From Eledone cirrhosa (lineage: Eukaryota), in the NCBI GenBank assembly GCA_964016885.1, contig OZ024742.1:252402001-252466000 (forward strand): a stretch of DNA of 64,000 nucleotides. Reading direction: 5' to 3'. A program made the position numbers and the translations under genes. Shown here piece after piece: positions 14,247-28,588 of this stretch. Positions within the stretch are counted from its first letter, which is position 1. The number at the start of each line of letters is the position of its first letter. Under the pieces are notes generated by a model that saw only the letters and a list, made by a program, of their open reading frames with translations, was not told where the DNA came from and did no database searches.

Positions 14247-15815
14247 CTAGCATTAAAGCCCGGCGTTGCTCGGGGTCAGTAAGTTACCAAAGTTAGGTTG
14301 CACCACCTATTTTATGGCAGCACTTTTTTTGTCTGCCAGGCACTGGATGAATGAATTGCAGACCTGGACTGCCGAAGCAGGAGCTGCGCCAGCAGTAACA
14401 ATTGTAGTTTCGCCTATAGATATTATCTCTGTGCAAAGAAGTGTTGAAATTTATTGTTTCACAGTACTTGCGCAACACGCGCGTAGACGATGCCAGCCGA
14501 ACAACAGAGCTGCGATGGAGTTGTTCTGCATTGTTGTCTAATGTGTGTTTTCTAAATTTAAGACAGTAGGGAGGGGTGTGATATGGGGGAGAGTTAGCTG
14601 CTGTTTCTAGTAGGTTTAGTGACCTCATAGAGGATATGTTTTCTAAATTTAAGACAGTAGGGAGTGGTGTGATATGGGGGAGAGTTAGCTGCTGTTTCTA
14701 GTAGGTTTAGTGACCACATAGAGGATATTATTGTGTATAGTAAATGAACTGATACTTTTTTTCTTCCACGTTCGTTGATAGATGTTTTAAAAAAGATTTA
14801 TCGCTATTTTTGTTGTTGTTGAATAAATTTAACTGTTGCCTTTGAATATGGGGGAGAGTTAGCTGCTGTTTCTAGCAGGTTTAGTGACCTCATAGAGGAT
14901 ATGTTTTCTAAATTTAAGACAGTAGGGAGTGGTGTGATATGGGGGAGAGTTAGCTGCTGTTTCTAGCAGGTTTAGTGACCACATAGAGGATATTATTGTG
15001 TATAGTAAATGAACTGATACTTTTTTCTTCCACGTTCGTTGATAGATGTTTTAAAAAAGATTTATCGCTATTTTTTTTGTTGTTGAATAAATTTAACTGT
15101 TGCTTTTGAATAATTGTTGTTTCGTATAAAATGTAATAAGTTCTCTTTGTCATTGAAGTAAATAAATGTTTGACCGTTCCACACTCAAAAACAAACGTTC
15201 TCTCTCTCTCTCTCTCTCTCTCCCTCTCCCTCTCTCTCTCTCTCTTAAAGTTTGTAAGTTCTTTCCCTTTATCATTATCTATAAAAGGCAGATTGTTGTT
15301 GTTGTGTGTGTGTGCAGGTTCCATGTTTATACATTTGCACAATTTCAAACCGATTCGAATCAAAGTCTGTAAGAATGTTGTAAATGGTCTAAATTAGGTC
15401 AACGACTATTTATTTCATTCAAACTCACCCATAATTACGGAAATAATCGATAAAACTAAATACATGACGCTTTACCCCTCTAATACAATCAGATTACCTC
15501 TCTTTACTCCCCTTAAAATTCGATAAAACTACATATATGCTGCAACTTTCTCTGATGAAGGGGAGTAGAGAGAGGTATTCTGATTGTATTAGAGGGGTAA
15601 AGCGTCATGTATTTAGTTTTATCGATTATTTCCGTAATTGTGGGTGAGTTTGAATGAAATAAATAGTCGTTGACCTAAGTTAGACCATTTACAACATTCT
15701 TACTGACGTTGAATCGAATCGGTTTGAAATTGTTTAAATGTATAAACATGGAACATGCACACACACAACAACAACAATCTGCCTTTTATAGGTAATGATA
15801 AAGGGAATGAACTTA
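14247..15815 (-). mobile_element. Non-autonomous Helitron-like element (3' end at 14247; 5' end uncertain)
   Basis: Minus-strand hairpin CCCGAGCAACGCCGGG, then a CTAG terminus in a TA context. Internal 91-bp and ~267-bp repeats and a large palindrome follow. Confidence 0.6.
15255..15815. repeat. Long inverted repeat, ~260-bp arms, ~43-bp spacer
   Basis: 15255-15514 versus 15558-15815, with scattered mismatches. Confidence 0.93.
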
Positions 15816-16687
15816 TTGACCTTTCTCCTGCAAGAACTATAAAATAAATAAATAAAAGAGGGATAGAGTCCTATGCTCCCCCTCCTTCCCCTTCTCCCTC
15901 ACCCATGTCCACCACTTCCAGCAGCATGATTTAGCACGTTTACCGATTCCGAATCTGTCCCTTGTTATATACACCTCCGAAGAAGAGATTTTATCTTGAA
16001 ATATCAGGACGGATAAATAAATAAGGTAACACATAACATTTCGTTTCTTCTTCTTTTTTTTGTTCGTCCATTTCGTATTGTCATGGCCTTCAAACTTCAC
16101 ATTGTTCTATACCAAAGGTTCTCAACCCATTTCGGCCAAACGCCTCCTTTTGCCCCTCGAAATCACGAAACGGCCCCCTACACTATTTTTCCATTTTTCA
16201 ATATACTACTGATTTTGATATCAGTAGATTACTGGGCCAAATCAAATTATGTTAGAATCTTTCAAAAAATCTTTAAAAAATACTCGTACAAATTAAATAC
16301 AAAAACGTTTCAGTCCAAAACAAAAGCAAGCTATTTCAAATTATATATTTTTGAAAAATAGACGTGAATGTTCTCAAAGATTTGATCTCGGTCGAAAAAG
16401 CTTTTTTTTTAAATTCTATATTTCACTGTTAGCTGTTGTAATATTTTGAGTGGATAGACAATTCTACAATTCAAACTGTGAAGTCAAAATACAAAAGATA
16501 CAAAATATGAAGGATTTCTTACCTTTCTCTTGAATCACAAACGCAAGTAAAAGATAGTACCTTGCAAAATAGTTGCAACGAATGAATTGAGACGCTTGTG
16601 AACAAACAATATCTGTATCCCTTATATATATATATATATATATACAGTGATAGATACACACACACACATACACGCGTGCGCACACAC

Positions 16688-16730
<43 letters not shown>

Positions 16731-16875
16731 TGTGTGTGTGTGTGTGTGCCTTGTTTTTGGTACAGAAAGAATTTTGACTCCAGTTTTTATTGCCGGGTCA
16801 AAGGCCACTGCTCTTTTCAACAACGTCAAATAACAACGCCATATATATATACATATATATATATACATATATATA

Positions 16876-16962
<87 letters not shown>

Positions 16963-17037
16963 GGAAAGAGGGAGAGACAAAGAGAGAGTAAGAAATATGT
17001 GTGTGTGTGTTTGGTACACGTCTATCTATCTATCCAA

Positions 17038-17440
17038 CAGGGGGCTCAAACATGCGGCCCGCGAACTACTTATTTATGGCTCATGGTAGAACCAATATTT
17101 CAGATTCCATTATAACTGGTGGAAATAAGGCGGTGAGCTGGTGGAATCGTAACCACATCTGGCGAAATGCTTAGCGGTACTTCTTCCGTTTTTACGTTCC
17201 GAGTTCAAATTCCGCCGATCTCAACTTTGCCTTTCATCCTTTTGGGGTCGATAAATTAAGTACCAGTTGTGAACTGGGATCAATGTAATCGACGGGACCC
17301 TAAACCCTAAATTTCATGCCTTGTGCCTATAGTAGAAATGATTATAACTGGTGAAAATCATCACCCACCACTACATTTGGCCCAGTGCCTCTCCTCCTGG
17401 ACGTAATGGCTCTTTTATGTCCTTGAGTTTGAGACCCCTC
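17038..17440. mobile_element. hAT-like MITE interrupted by a SINE
   Basis: Termini CAGGGGGCTCAAAC...GTTTGAGACCCCT with subterminal GCGGCCCGCG/TGGCCC. No clean 8-bp TSD. Confidence 0.55.
17128..17345 (+). mobile_element. SINE family 1 variant nested in a hAT-like MITE
   Basis: GGCGGTGAGCTGG head, B-box and the same body. Direct repeat ATTATAACTGGTG(G/A)AAAT on both sides (TSD). Confidence 0.85.
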
Positions 17441-17444
17441 TTCT

Positions 17445-17475
<31 letters not shown>

Positions 17476-17983
17476 CACTTTACTTTTTTTCTGTCTCTGG
17501 ACTACGCCCATGTTGGAGCATCACCTTGGTAAGTTATGGGGACGTCAACAAACCAACAAGCATTGATGGGAGGGCAAACAAATGCAAAGACAGAGACAGA
17601 CATATATACATATATACGACGCGCTTCTTTTAGTTTCGGTCTATCAAATCCACTCACAGGGCTTTGGTCGGCCCGGGCAGTGGGACTGAACCCGGAAATA
17701 TGTGGTTGGGAAGCAAGCTTCTTGTCACACTGTGCATATATATATATGTGTGTGTGTTATCAAGTTAACAATGAAAATAAAAAGAACAAAGTCAAGTTAC
17801 TTTATAACTTCGTTTTTATTTTGTTGTTTTTATTTTTAATGTTAATTTAATACCTAATATCTGACTCTGTATCTCAAGAATTAATTCAGCAAAACACAAC
17901 TTCTCTATGGATTTTACAAGATTACATTGAGTCCTATCTACGGTACGACGGACCCTACCACCAGAGGTAGACCAACTGAAGAA

Positions 17984-18031
<48 letters not shown>

Positions 18032-18655
18032 CTACAATCATACATATATACATACATACATTTACCTATGTATATAGCTATGCATTTATTCACTTGTATA
18101 TATACATGCATTTATATTTAAGTGTGTAAGGATGTTGACAAGATTTATGTGTTTTTTTGGTAAGGAGATAATTTTTGTCTCCAGATTTTATTACCTAGGG
18201 AGATTAAATACCACAGCTCTGGCTGAAAGCTGACCAGGTTCTCAACCTCATCAAACACCAACGCCGGCCTGTGTGTTTATATATGTGTGTGTGTATATGT
18301 ATGTATGTATGTATGTATGTATGCATATGTGTGTATGATTGTATATGTATATATATATATATATATATATACACCCACACCTTTCCCCACCATTGCTTCT
18401 TTTTCTTGTCGTTTCTGTTGTTCTTGTAACTGTTGTAAAAGTTGACGTTGTCCTTATTTTCATTTTCTTTGATTTCTTTCGTTTTTCTTTTATCTCCCTA
18501 GGGAATTCGTTGACAAGCTTCTTTTATTTATTTTCTTCGTTTTCTTCATTCAAATGCATTCACACTGGCTGTCTCAGAGACGTACAAATATGGCTTATAA
18601 AACTTACCTAAGTAAATAGCCTGAACTCATTGCATGAACTCATAATCCTTTATTT

Positions 18656-18711
18656 ACTGCTATATATATTTCGATGATAGCCATTGAATGGCTATGACTT
18701 CATCAGGCAGT
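18656..18711 (-). ncRNA. Type I hammerhead ribozyme
   Basis: Minus strand: ACTGC-CTGATGA-AGTCATAGCCATTCAATGGCTATCATC-GAAA-TATATATA-GCAGT. Confidence 0.7.
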
Positions 18712-19009
18712 TAGTCAGTTCTTAGATATGTCAGCTCTGTGTTTATAGTGTTGATGGTATCAGAGCCTTGGGACATATGAGCTTGTTAGGAATATTTTGT
18801 TGTTGTCAGCAGGAATAGTCTTGATTCTCATTGGTCAGTTTGTAAATGGTAGTAGGTTGGTATTTGACCTCAAAGGGGCAGGTGGTTCTGTAAGGTTCAA
18901 ACCGTATATATATGTCTGTGCGTGTGTGCGTGTGTGTGTGCGTGTGTAATCCATGCAAGCATGGAAAAATTGAAGTTAAATGAAGATGAATAATGATATA
19001 TATCATATT

Positions 19010-19300
19010 TTTGAGGTACACTCAAAAGGTTCTGAGACTTTCACCAGAGAGACATATATTTAACTCAGATCAACACAAAACTCTAGTCTCCCCCCCCCAA
19101 AGTAGGATCCTCCAACTTCAATGCTCTTGTTGTAGCACTCCAGCCACTTGTGGAAGGCTCCTTTGTAGTCCTCCAAAGTGAAGGTATCCAGTGTGCTTGT
19201 CACAGCCTCTGTCATCCCCTCCACATCCTCAAAGCAGATACCCCTGAGCTTCTCCTTCAGCTTTGGGAACATCCAGAAATCACATGGCGCTAAGTCTGGG
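19010..19300 (-). mobile_element. mariner transposase C-terminal remnant with 3' TIR-like end
   Basis: PDLAPCDFWMFPKLKEKLRG...GGSYF. Confidence 0.85.
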
Positions 19301-19421
19301 TGTGTGTGTCTGTGGAATGCTCAGACACTTTCATGTAAATTTCATGAGCAGGTTATTCTGAGATTTAAACAACTGGAACACTCATCCTTGAAACAGGTGG
19401 AGACCAAACAATGTTTGTGGT

Positions 19422-22400
19422 GTCTGCCTGTATGTGTGTGTGTCTATGTATATATGTCTGCCTATATGTGTGTGTGCCTATGTGTATATGTCTATATGTA
19501 TGTGTGTGTGCCTATGTATATATGTCTGCCTGTATGTGTGTGTGTCTATGTATATATGTCTGCCTGTATGTGTGTGTGTCTATGTATATATGTCTGCCTG
19601 TATGTGTGTGTGCCTATGTATATATGTCTGCCTGTATGTGTGTGTGCCTATGTATATATGTCTGCCTGTATGTGTGTGTGCCTATGTATATATGTCTGCC
19701 TATATGTGTGTGTGTCTATGTATATATGTCTGCCTGTATGTGTGTGTGCCTATGTATATATGTCTGCCTGTATGTGTGTGTGCCTATGTATATATGTCTG
19801 CCTGTATGTGTGTGTGTCTATGTATATATGTTTGCCTGTATGTGTGTGTGCCTATGTATATATGTCTGCCTGTATGTGTGTGTGCCTATGTATATATGTC
19901 TGCCTATATGTGTGTGTGTCTATGTATATATGTCTGCCTGTATGTGTGTGTGTCTATGTATATATGTCTGCCTGTATGTGTGTGTGTCTATGTATATATG
20001 TTTGCCTATATGTGTGTGTGCCTATGTATATATGTCTGCCTATATGTGTGTGTGCCTATGTGTATATGTCTACATGTATGTGTGTGTGCCTATGTATATA
20101 TGTCTGCCTGTATGTGTGTGTGCCTATGTATATATGTCTGCCTGTATGTGTGTGTGTCTATGTATATATGTCTGCCTATATGTGTGTGTGCCTATGTATA
20201 TATGTCTGCCTGTATGTGTGTGTGTCTATGTATATATGTCTGCCTGTATGTGTGTGTGTCTATGTATATATGTCTGCCTGTATGTGTGTGTGCCTATGTA
20301 TATATGTCTGCCTGTATGTGTGTGTGTCTATGTATATATGTCTGCCTGTATGTGTGTGTGTCTATGTATATATGTCTGCCTGTATGTGTGTGTGCCTATG
20401 TATATATGTCTGCCTGTATGTGTGTGTGTCTATGTATATATGTCTGCCTGTATGTGTGTGTGTCTATGTATATATGTCTGCCTGTATGTGTGTGTGTCTA
20501 TGTATATATGTCTGCCTGTATGTGTGTGTGCCTATGTATATATGTCTGCCTGTATGTGTGTGTGTCTATGTATATATGTCTGCCTGTATGTGTGTGTGTC
20601 TATGTATATATGTCTGCCTGTATGTGTGTGTGCCTATGTATATATGTCTGCCTGTATGTGTGTGTGTCTATGTATATATGTCTGCCTGTATGTGTGTGTG
20701 TCTATGTATATATGTCTGCCTGTATGTGTGTGTGTCTATGTATATATGTCTGCCTGTATGTGTGTGTGCCTATGTATATATGTCTGCCTGTATGTGTGTG
20801 TGCCTATGTATATATGTCTGCCTGTATGTGTGTGTGCCTATGTATATATGTCTGCCTGTATGTGTGTGTGTCTATGTATATATGTCTGCCTGTATGTGTG
20901 TGTGCCTATGTATATATCTCTGCCTGTATGTGTGTGTGCCTATGTATATATGTCTGCCTGTATGTGTGTGTGCCTATGTATATATGTCTGCCTATATGTG
21001 TGTGTGTCTATGTATATATGTCTGCCTGTATGTGTGTGTGTCTATGTATATATGTCTGCCTGTATGTGTGTGTGCCTATGTATATATGTCTGCCTGTATG
21101 TGTGTGTGCCTATGTATATATGTCTGCCTGTATGTGTGTGTGTCTATGTATATATGTCTGCCTGTATGTGTGTGTGTCTATGTATATATGTCTGCCTGTA
21201 TGTGTGTGTGCCTATGTATATATGTCTGCCTGTATGTGTGTGTGCCTATGTATATATGTCTGCCTGTATGTGTGTGTGCCTATGTATATATGTCTGCCTG
21301 TATGTGTGTGTGTCTATGTATATATGTCTGCCTATATGTGTGTGTGCCTATGTATATATGTCTGCATGTATGTGTGTGTGTCTATGTATATATGTCTGCC
21401 TATATGTGTGTGTGCCTATGTATATATGTCTGCCTGTATGTGTGTGTGCCTATGTATATATGTCTGCCTATATGTGTGTGTGTCTATGTGTATATGTCTA
21501 CATGCATGTGTGTGTGCCTATGTATATATGTCTGCCTGTATGTGTGTGTGCCTATGTATATATGTCTGCCTGTATGTGTGTGTGCCTATGTATATATGTC
21601 TGCCTATATGTGTGTGTGCCTATGTATATATGTCTGCCTATATGTGTGTGTGCCTATGTATATATGTCTGCCTGTATGTGTGTGTGCCTATGTGTATATG
21701 TCTATATGTATGTGTGTGTGCCTATGTATATATGTCTGCCTGTATGTGTGTGTGCCTATGTATATATGTCTGCCTATATGTGTGTGTGCCTATGTATATA
21801 TGTCTGCCTGTATGTGTGTGTGCCTATGTGTATATGTCTATATGTATGTGTGTGTGCCTATGTATATATGTCTGCCTGTATGTGTGTGTGTCTATGTATA
21901 TATGTCTGCCTATATGTGTGTGTGCCTATGTATATATGTCTGCCTATATGTGTGTGTGCCTATGTATATATGTCTGCCTGTATGTGTGTGTGTCTATGTA
22001 TATATGTCTGCCTATATGTGTGTGTGTCTATGTATATATGTCTGCCTATATGTGTATGTGTCTATGTATATATGTCTGCCTGTATGTGTGTGTGCCTATG
22101 TATATATGTCTGCCTGTATGTGTGTGTGTCTATGTATATATGTCTGCCTGCATGTGTGTGTGCCTATGTATATATGTCTGCCTATATGTGTGTGTGCCTA
22201 TGTATATATGTCTGCCTATATGTGTGTGTGCCTATGTATATATGTCTGCCTATATGTGTGTATGTCTATGTATATATGTCTGCCTGTATGTGTGTGTGCC
22301 TATGTATATATGTCTGCCTATATGTGTGTGTGCCTATGTATATATGTCTGCCTGTATGTGTGTGTGCCTATGTATATATGTCTGCCTATATGTGTGTGTG

Positions 22401-24036
22401 TCTATGTATATATGTCTACATGTATGTGTGCGTGTCTATGTGTATATGTCTACATGTATGTGTGCGTGTCTATGTATATATGTCTACATGTATGTGTGCG
22501 TGTCTATGTGTATATGTCTACATGCATGTGTGCGTGTCTATGTATATATGTCTGCCTGTATGTGTGTGTGCCTATGTATATATGTCTGCCTGTATGTGTG
22601 CGTGTCTATGTATATATGTCTGCCTGTATGTGTGCGTGTCTATGTGTATATGTCTACATGTATGTGTGCGTGTCTATGTATATATGTCTGCCTGTATGTG
22701 TGCGTGTCTATGTATATATGTCTGCCTGTATGTGTGTGTGCCTATGTATATATGTCTACATGTATGTCTGCGTGTCTATGTATATATGTCTACATGTATG
22801 TGTGTGTGCCTATGTATATATGTCTGCCTGTATGTGTGCGTGTCTATGTATATATGTCTGCCTGTATGTGTGTGTGCCTATGTATATATGTCTATATGTA
22901 TGTCTGCGTGTCTATGTGTATATGTCTGCCTGTATGTGTGCGTGTCTATGTGTATATGTCTACATGTATGTGTGCGTGTCTATGTGTATATGTCTACATG
23001 TATGTGTGCGTGTCTATGTGTATATGTCTACATGTATGTGTGCGTGTCTATGTGTATATGTCTACATGTATGTGTGCGTGTCTATGTATATATGTCTGCC
23101 TGTATGTGTGCGTGTCTATGTGTATATGTCTACATGTATGTGTGCGTGTCTATGTGTATATGTCTACATGTATGTGTGCGTGTCTATGTATATATGTCTG
23201 CCTGTATGTGTGCGTGTCTATGTGTATATGTCTACATGTATGTGTGCGTGTCTATGTGTATATGTCTACATGTATGTGTCTGTGCCTATGTATATATGTC
23301 TACATGTATGTGTGCGTGTCTATGTGTATATGTTTACATGTATGTGTGCGTGTCTATGTATATATGTCTACATGTATGTGTGCGTGTCTATGTGTATATG
23401 TCTACATGTATGTGTGCGTGTCTATGTGTATATGTCTACATGTATGTGTGCGTGTCTATGTATATATGTCTACATGTATGTGTGCGTGTCTATGTGTATA
23501 TGTCTACATGTATGTGTGCGTATCTATGTGTATATGTCTACATGTATGTGTGCGTGTCTATGTATATATGTCTACATGTATGTGTGCGTGTCTATGTGTA
23601 TATGTCTACATGTATGTGTGCGTGTCTATGTGTATATGTCTACATGTATGTGTGCGTGTCTATGTGTATATGTCTGCCTGTATGTGTGCGTGTCTATGTG
23701 TATATGTCTACATGTATGTGTGCGTGTCTATGTGTATATGTCTACATGTATGTGTGCGTGTCTATGTGTATATGTCTGCCTGTATGTGTGCGTGTCTATG
23801 TGTATATGTCTACATGTATGTGTGCGTGTCTATGTGTATATGTCTACATGTATGTGTGCGTGTCTATGTGTATATGTCTGCCTGTATGTGTGCGTGTCTA
23901 TGTGTATATGTCTACATGTATGTGTGCGTGTCTATGTGTATATGTCTACATGTATGTGTGCGTGTCTATGTGTATATGTCTGCCTGTATGTGTGCGTGTC
24001 TATGTGTATATGTCTACATGTATGTGTGCGTGTCTA
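19422..24036. repeat. 34-bp satellite (~135 units)
   Basis: Unit TGTCTGCCTGTATGTGTGTGTGCCTATGTATATA shifts to TGTCTACATGTATGTGTGCGTGTCTATGTGTATA at the 3' end. Confidence 0.97.
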
Positions 24037-25723
24037 AACATTTGTGTATCTAAACAATTTCAAATCAACTAAATAGTAGTAACAATTATCTTTAACAGTG
24101 CTCTGGCTGAAATCTTTCATGAGAGCAGGAAAAAATGCTGGATCTATATCGTTGACTTAAAGCCAAATAATGTGGTATTATGTTCATCTCCAGCTTATGT
24201 CTTCATACAACTGTATGTGTAAGATTGTGCATGTCTGTGTGTGTGTGCATGAAAGATAGATAGAGAGGAGTGAGAGGCAGAGTGAGAGATGGAGAGAGAG
24301 AGACTGAAAGTGAGAGAGAAAGTGTTTGATTGTATTTCTCATAGTATTATTTTGTATAGGTGGTGTCATTCATTATCTTCTAATTCATTATCAGCAATGT
24401 ACATACCTTCACTTTCTATTTTCGTGTGTTTGTGTGTAGGTGTGTAGGTGGATGGCAGTGTTTTTGTAGAATCTGTTACTAATTCTACTTGTGTAAGTAC
24501 TCAGACCAGATCTCTGCTCTGAATAGTTACATGAAATATTGATGTGCTGCTTTTTACTGCATCTCCCATATTTAGTGCTATGATCCACTTATCTATAGAA
24601 ATGAATTGCGATGTCACTGGTGCCAAGCTGTATCGGCCTTTGCCTTTCCTTTGGACAACATCATTGGCATGGAGAGTGGATTGTTGGTCTTCCATAAAAG
24701 CCCCTTGCCCAGGCTTATGCATCGTTGGGAAGCTTTCTATGTGAAAAATCCATGTTTATTCATAACTGAAGGGTTTTTTTTTTACTCTTTTATCTATACA
24801 GAAGGTGCATGACTTAGTGGTTAGGGAATTGGATTAGCAATTGTGAGGTTGTGTTCAATTCCCAGACCAAGACATTTTATTTTCCATTGCTTTTTCTGCC
24901 AGGAGTTGTGAGTGGTAGATAGTATCAGCAATGGAAAAATTAATGGAAACATTGTTTCCTTGGTCTGATTTGATGAGTTTCACCATACTTGGTAAGTGAG
25001 TGAGGTTAGGGAACTTGTCAGTCATATCATCCATATATATATATTTAAATATAATATGTTTCAGCTGCTTTTTCCACGATTTAAACTGTGATCAACTAAA
25101 TTGTTAAAATGCTGGACAGACAATTTTATTCAAATTTTCCTGTGGGTATTTTATTTTGTTTTTGGACAAGATATTTTATTCTATATTGCTTCATTTCAGT
25201 GAAGAAAAGGTCAGTAGAGCTGATCATCCATTAATATATATAATTCAAACAGCAGAATAAATATTTTGCCATGAGGAAGAAAGACCATTGCTAGTTTCAT
25301 TGGATTCTCCTGCATTTATTATATAACACCGATACAGATGTTTGCTCAGAAAAACCAAAGTTAACAGAAGCTAATATTAACTAGAGATGATTTACTGCAG
25401 TTTCCCTCGCAACTTTAGTTTCTCTTCTTCAAGTCTATATTGGTCATTTATTTCTAACTAGTTTGCTATGTGTCCTTCAGTGGGGATACTTACCAAGAAA
25501 CTAAGTCATTCTAGGGAATTCTTTTTGTTATAGGTGTTGATTTTGTTTAGCCACAGATCAAGCATTCCAGCTATAACCAATCAATTTTTTTATAGTCATT
25601 GTATAACTCGAACTACACAATCCAGTGCATCCTTCCATTTTTTAAGACAGTATGCTAAAATTCTGAGGTATAGAATGTATTTACATAAATGTTCAGCTTA
25701 TATATATCATATATATATATATT

Positions 25724-26098
25724 ATCATTTTACGTCCGCTTTTCCCTGCTTTCAAGGGTGGGACGGGAACTGATTCTGGCTTGATTTCTACAGCTGGATG
25801 CCCTTCCTTACACCAACCTCATTTACAGTGAGTGTTGGGTGCTTTTTTTCCGTGGCGCCTACACGTCCACTTTACAGTTTGGGCTGGGTGCTTTTTTGCC
25901 ATGGCACCTCCACGACCACTTTGCAGTGGAATGATAGGGACCCCAGTCCCATCATCTCATTTCTACAGCTGAGTAAACTGGAGCAATGTGAAATAAAGTG
26001 TCTTGCTCAAGGAAACAACACATCACCCGGTCTGAGAATTGAACTCACAACCTTTCGATTGCAAGCCGAATGCTCTGACCACTAAGCCATGTGCCTTC
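25724..26098 (-). mobile_element. SINE family 2 copy
   Basis: Reverse-complement match to 4144-4488, with a small internal duplication. Confidence 0.85.
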
Positions 26099-27089
26099 AT
26101 ATATATACAATAAAGAGAAAATGTGATAAAAACTGTACAATATAAAAATGGCAATAAAGAAGAAAGAAATTAAGCAATGAAAGAATGAGAAAGGGATATG
26201 GAGCGACAGTTAGAGCCAAGGGCGGAAAATACCCAGCAACACTTGCTGCAACAACCATGCGGAGGCTCCTTCATCTGGTGGGCTGCTGTCTTTCCGATTT
26301 TACACAGGAATTCAGCAGAATTACAGGGACCAGCATGAAAAAGAAGCAGTATGAAGTAGTATGCAGTGTATTTAATCATTATTTCTAGAATATAGAGCAG
26401 CCATGTAGAAGCATCAGTCAGTTAGATATTGTGAGGTTAAGTGTCATCATTTTTAACAACTTACATACCAATACACATGATATCTAAAAATGATTAGCAT
26501 AAATTAATACTACCTTTAGCAGCTAAATCAATTTTAGATTCAAAGCAAATTGAATAATTAGTAAATTAGATTTACCACATTTACTTATTTGTTACTTTGT
26601 CTACTATCTTACACATACACATGCACACACACATATATGTGTGTGTGTGTGTGTGTGTGTCTGTGTATGTATGTATGTATGTATGAGTGTGTGTATGTGT
26701 GCATGCGTACGTGCATGTGTATTTATTGCAAATTATGGTTTCCTCATTTATATATAGTCGTCATGATGTTGATAGTTATAAATTTATAGTATTGAAATTT
26801 AGTATTGATATCTGAAAATCAAAAAAAAGAAAAGAAATCAAAATTGTTTTTGATAAGGATATGAATTAAAAGCAAAAATCAAAGAAATTAGATATTTGTC
26901 TGCAAAATTTGTTTCAATTTCTTAATTTTCTTTCTTTCCATCCTGCTTATCGTTATCTGTCTTTCTGTCTGTTCATGTGTCTTTCTGTTTGTTCATCTTT
27001 TTGTCTGTTCATCAGTAGTTCTGTCTGTTCATCTATCTATCCATCTGTTATTTATTTGTTTATTTGTTCATCTGTCTTCCTGTCTATTC

Positions 27090-27285
27090 ATCTGTCTTTC
27101 TGTCAGTTGATCTGCCTTTCTGTCAGTTGATCTGCCTTTCTGTCAGTTGATCTGTCTTTCTCTCAGTTGATATGTCTTTCTGTCAGTTCATCTGTCTTTC
27201 TGTCAGTTCATCTGTCTTTCTGTCAGTTCATCTGTCTTTCTGTCAGTTCATCTGCCTTTCTGTCAGTTCATCTGTATTTCTGTTT
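27090..27285. repeat. 20-bp minisatellite (TGTCAGTTCATCTGTCTTTC)n
   Basis: About 9 units visible, with decayed units upstream. Confidence 0.9.
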
Positions 27286-27494
27286 GACTTCTTATTCTTA
27301 TCTGTTTCCTCTTCATCATCATCATCATGTCATCACAATCACCACATCATCATTCTTCTTCTTCTTCTTCTTCTTCTTCTTCTTCTTCTTCTTCTTCTTC
27401 TTCTTCTTCTTCTTCTTCTCTTCCTCCTCCTCCTCCTCCTCTTACCACCACATCTTTCTATTAGTTTTACATGGTTTAAGGTCAAATCCTTTAA

Positions 27495-27715
27495 CCCTTT
27501 AGCATTTAAACCGGCCATATCCAGCCAGAATTCTCTCACCTCTTTCTGTTCAAACCGGCTGTAACTGGCCACTCATACTAATGTTAAGGTACTGTTCTCA
27601 AAATAAATAATATAAAAATCTCATAGATTCGATATTATGTGAGATAATTATGTGAGGTAAAGATTTTACTATGAAAATCTAATAGTAAATATAGACTAAT
27701 GTAAATACTAAAGGG
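27495..27715. mobile_element. piggyBac-like MITE
   Basis: TTAA|CCCTTTAGCATTTA...TAAATACTAAAGGG|TTAA. Related copies at 61691-61911 and ~5025-5240, and partial ones at ~1815 and ~36170. Confidence 0.75.
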
Positions 27716-28541
27716 TTAAAAATTGGTAAATTGGTAGTTTTGATAAACGTAATCCAAATGTTAACTCAATGTCCTGTACCACATGCAATCGCATTAGCAA
27801 GAAAAATACAAGACAGCACTATGACTGCATCACATTAAGAATTTACTACAAATTTTTACAATGGTCTGTCCGCCAGTAAAAATATAAACATTTGAATTAG
27901 CAAACTCGTTTTTAGATATTTTCTGCTACATCATTACAGGATATTAAGATTTAATTAACAATGATGCATATGCAACAATTAGAAAAAAATGTGTTTACTT
28001 TAATACTACAAATTTTTACAATGATCTGTCTACTAGTAAAGCTACTATAAACATTTTAATTAACAAATCTGCATTTAGATTTTTTTCTTCTAAATCATTA
28101 CAGTGTGTTAAGAGTTTTTAGCCACTCATTAAGACAAAGTCTGATGGAGAGAATAAATTAACCCAAGAAAAGATAAAACACCACAGTTAACTATTTATCA
28201 GCTTATCTAAGACAACATTGAAGTGACAAAAATAGAGCTGCCTCTCTAGCTAAAGACAAATCAAAGATAACTTTATCAAAAGAACATAAACAGATCACTA
28301 ACTAGATTCTACCTTTCATAGTCTAGTAGGGTGACGGAGCGATAAGATCGTTCAGGGATAAGATCGTTCGTAGTGGGCTGGCTGACAGATCATGAATAAA
28401 CAAAGTAATTTAAGGACAAAATGCCAAAATTATTGTAGATAAATAAAATAATATCAAACCATTGTTTTAGGCCTTCTAATTAGTTGAGTTGTGTGTACAT
28501 AGAATGTAGATAGAAATGACCACTACAAGAATATTTGTCTT

Positions 28542-28588
<47 letters not shown>

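Noticed and set aside
15552-15562. CTGATGA in the palindrome spacer
   Set aside because: No suitably placed GAAA/NUH or stems, so not a hammerhead.
19422-24036. CRISPR-like periodicity
   Set aside because: No unique spacers, no cas genes, eukaryotic context.
19178-24072. Three >1500-aa Cys/Val/Tyr/Met ORFs
   Set aside because: Artefact of a stop-free 34-bp satellite open in all three frames.
24903-25210. Exon-like AG..GTAAGT segment and a 10-nt AG|TGAAGAAAAG|GTCAGT microexon candidate
   Set aside because: The first has stops in all three frames and the second is too short to support without RNA-seq.
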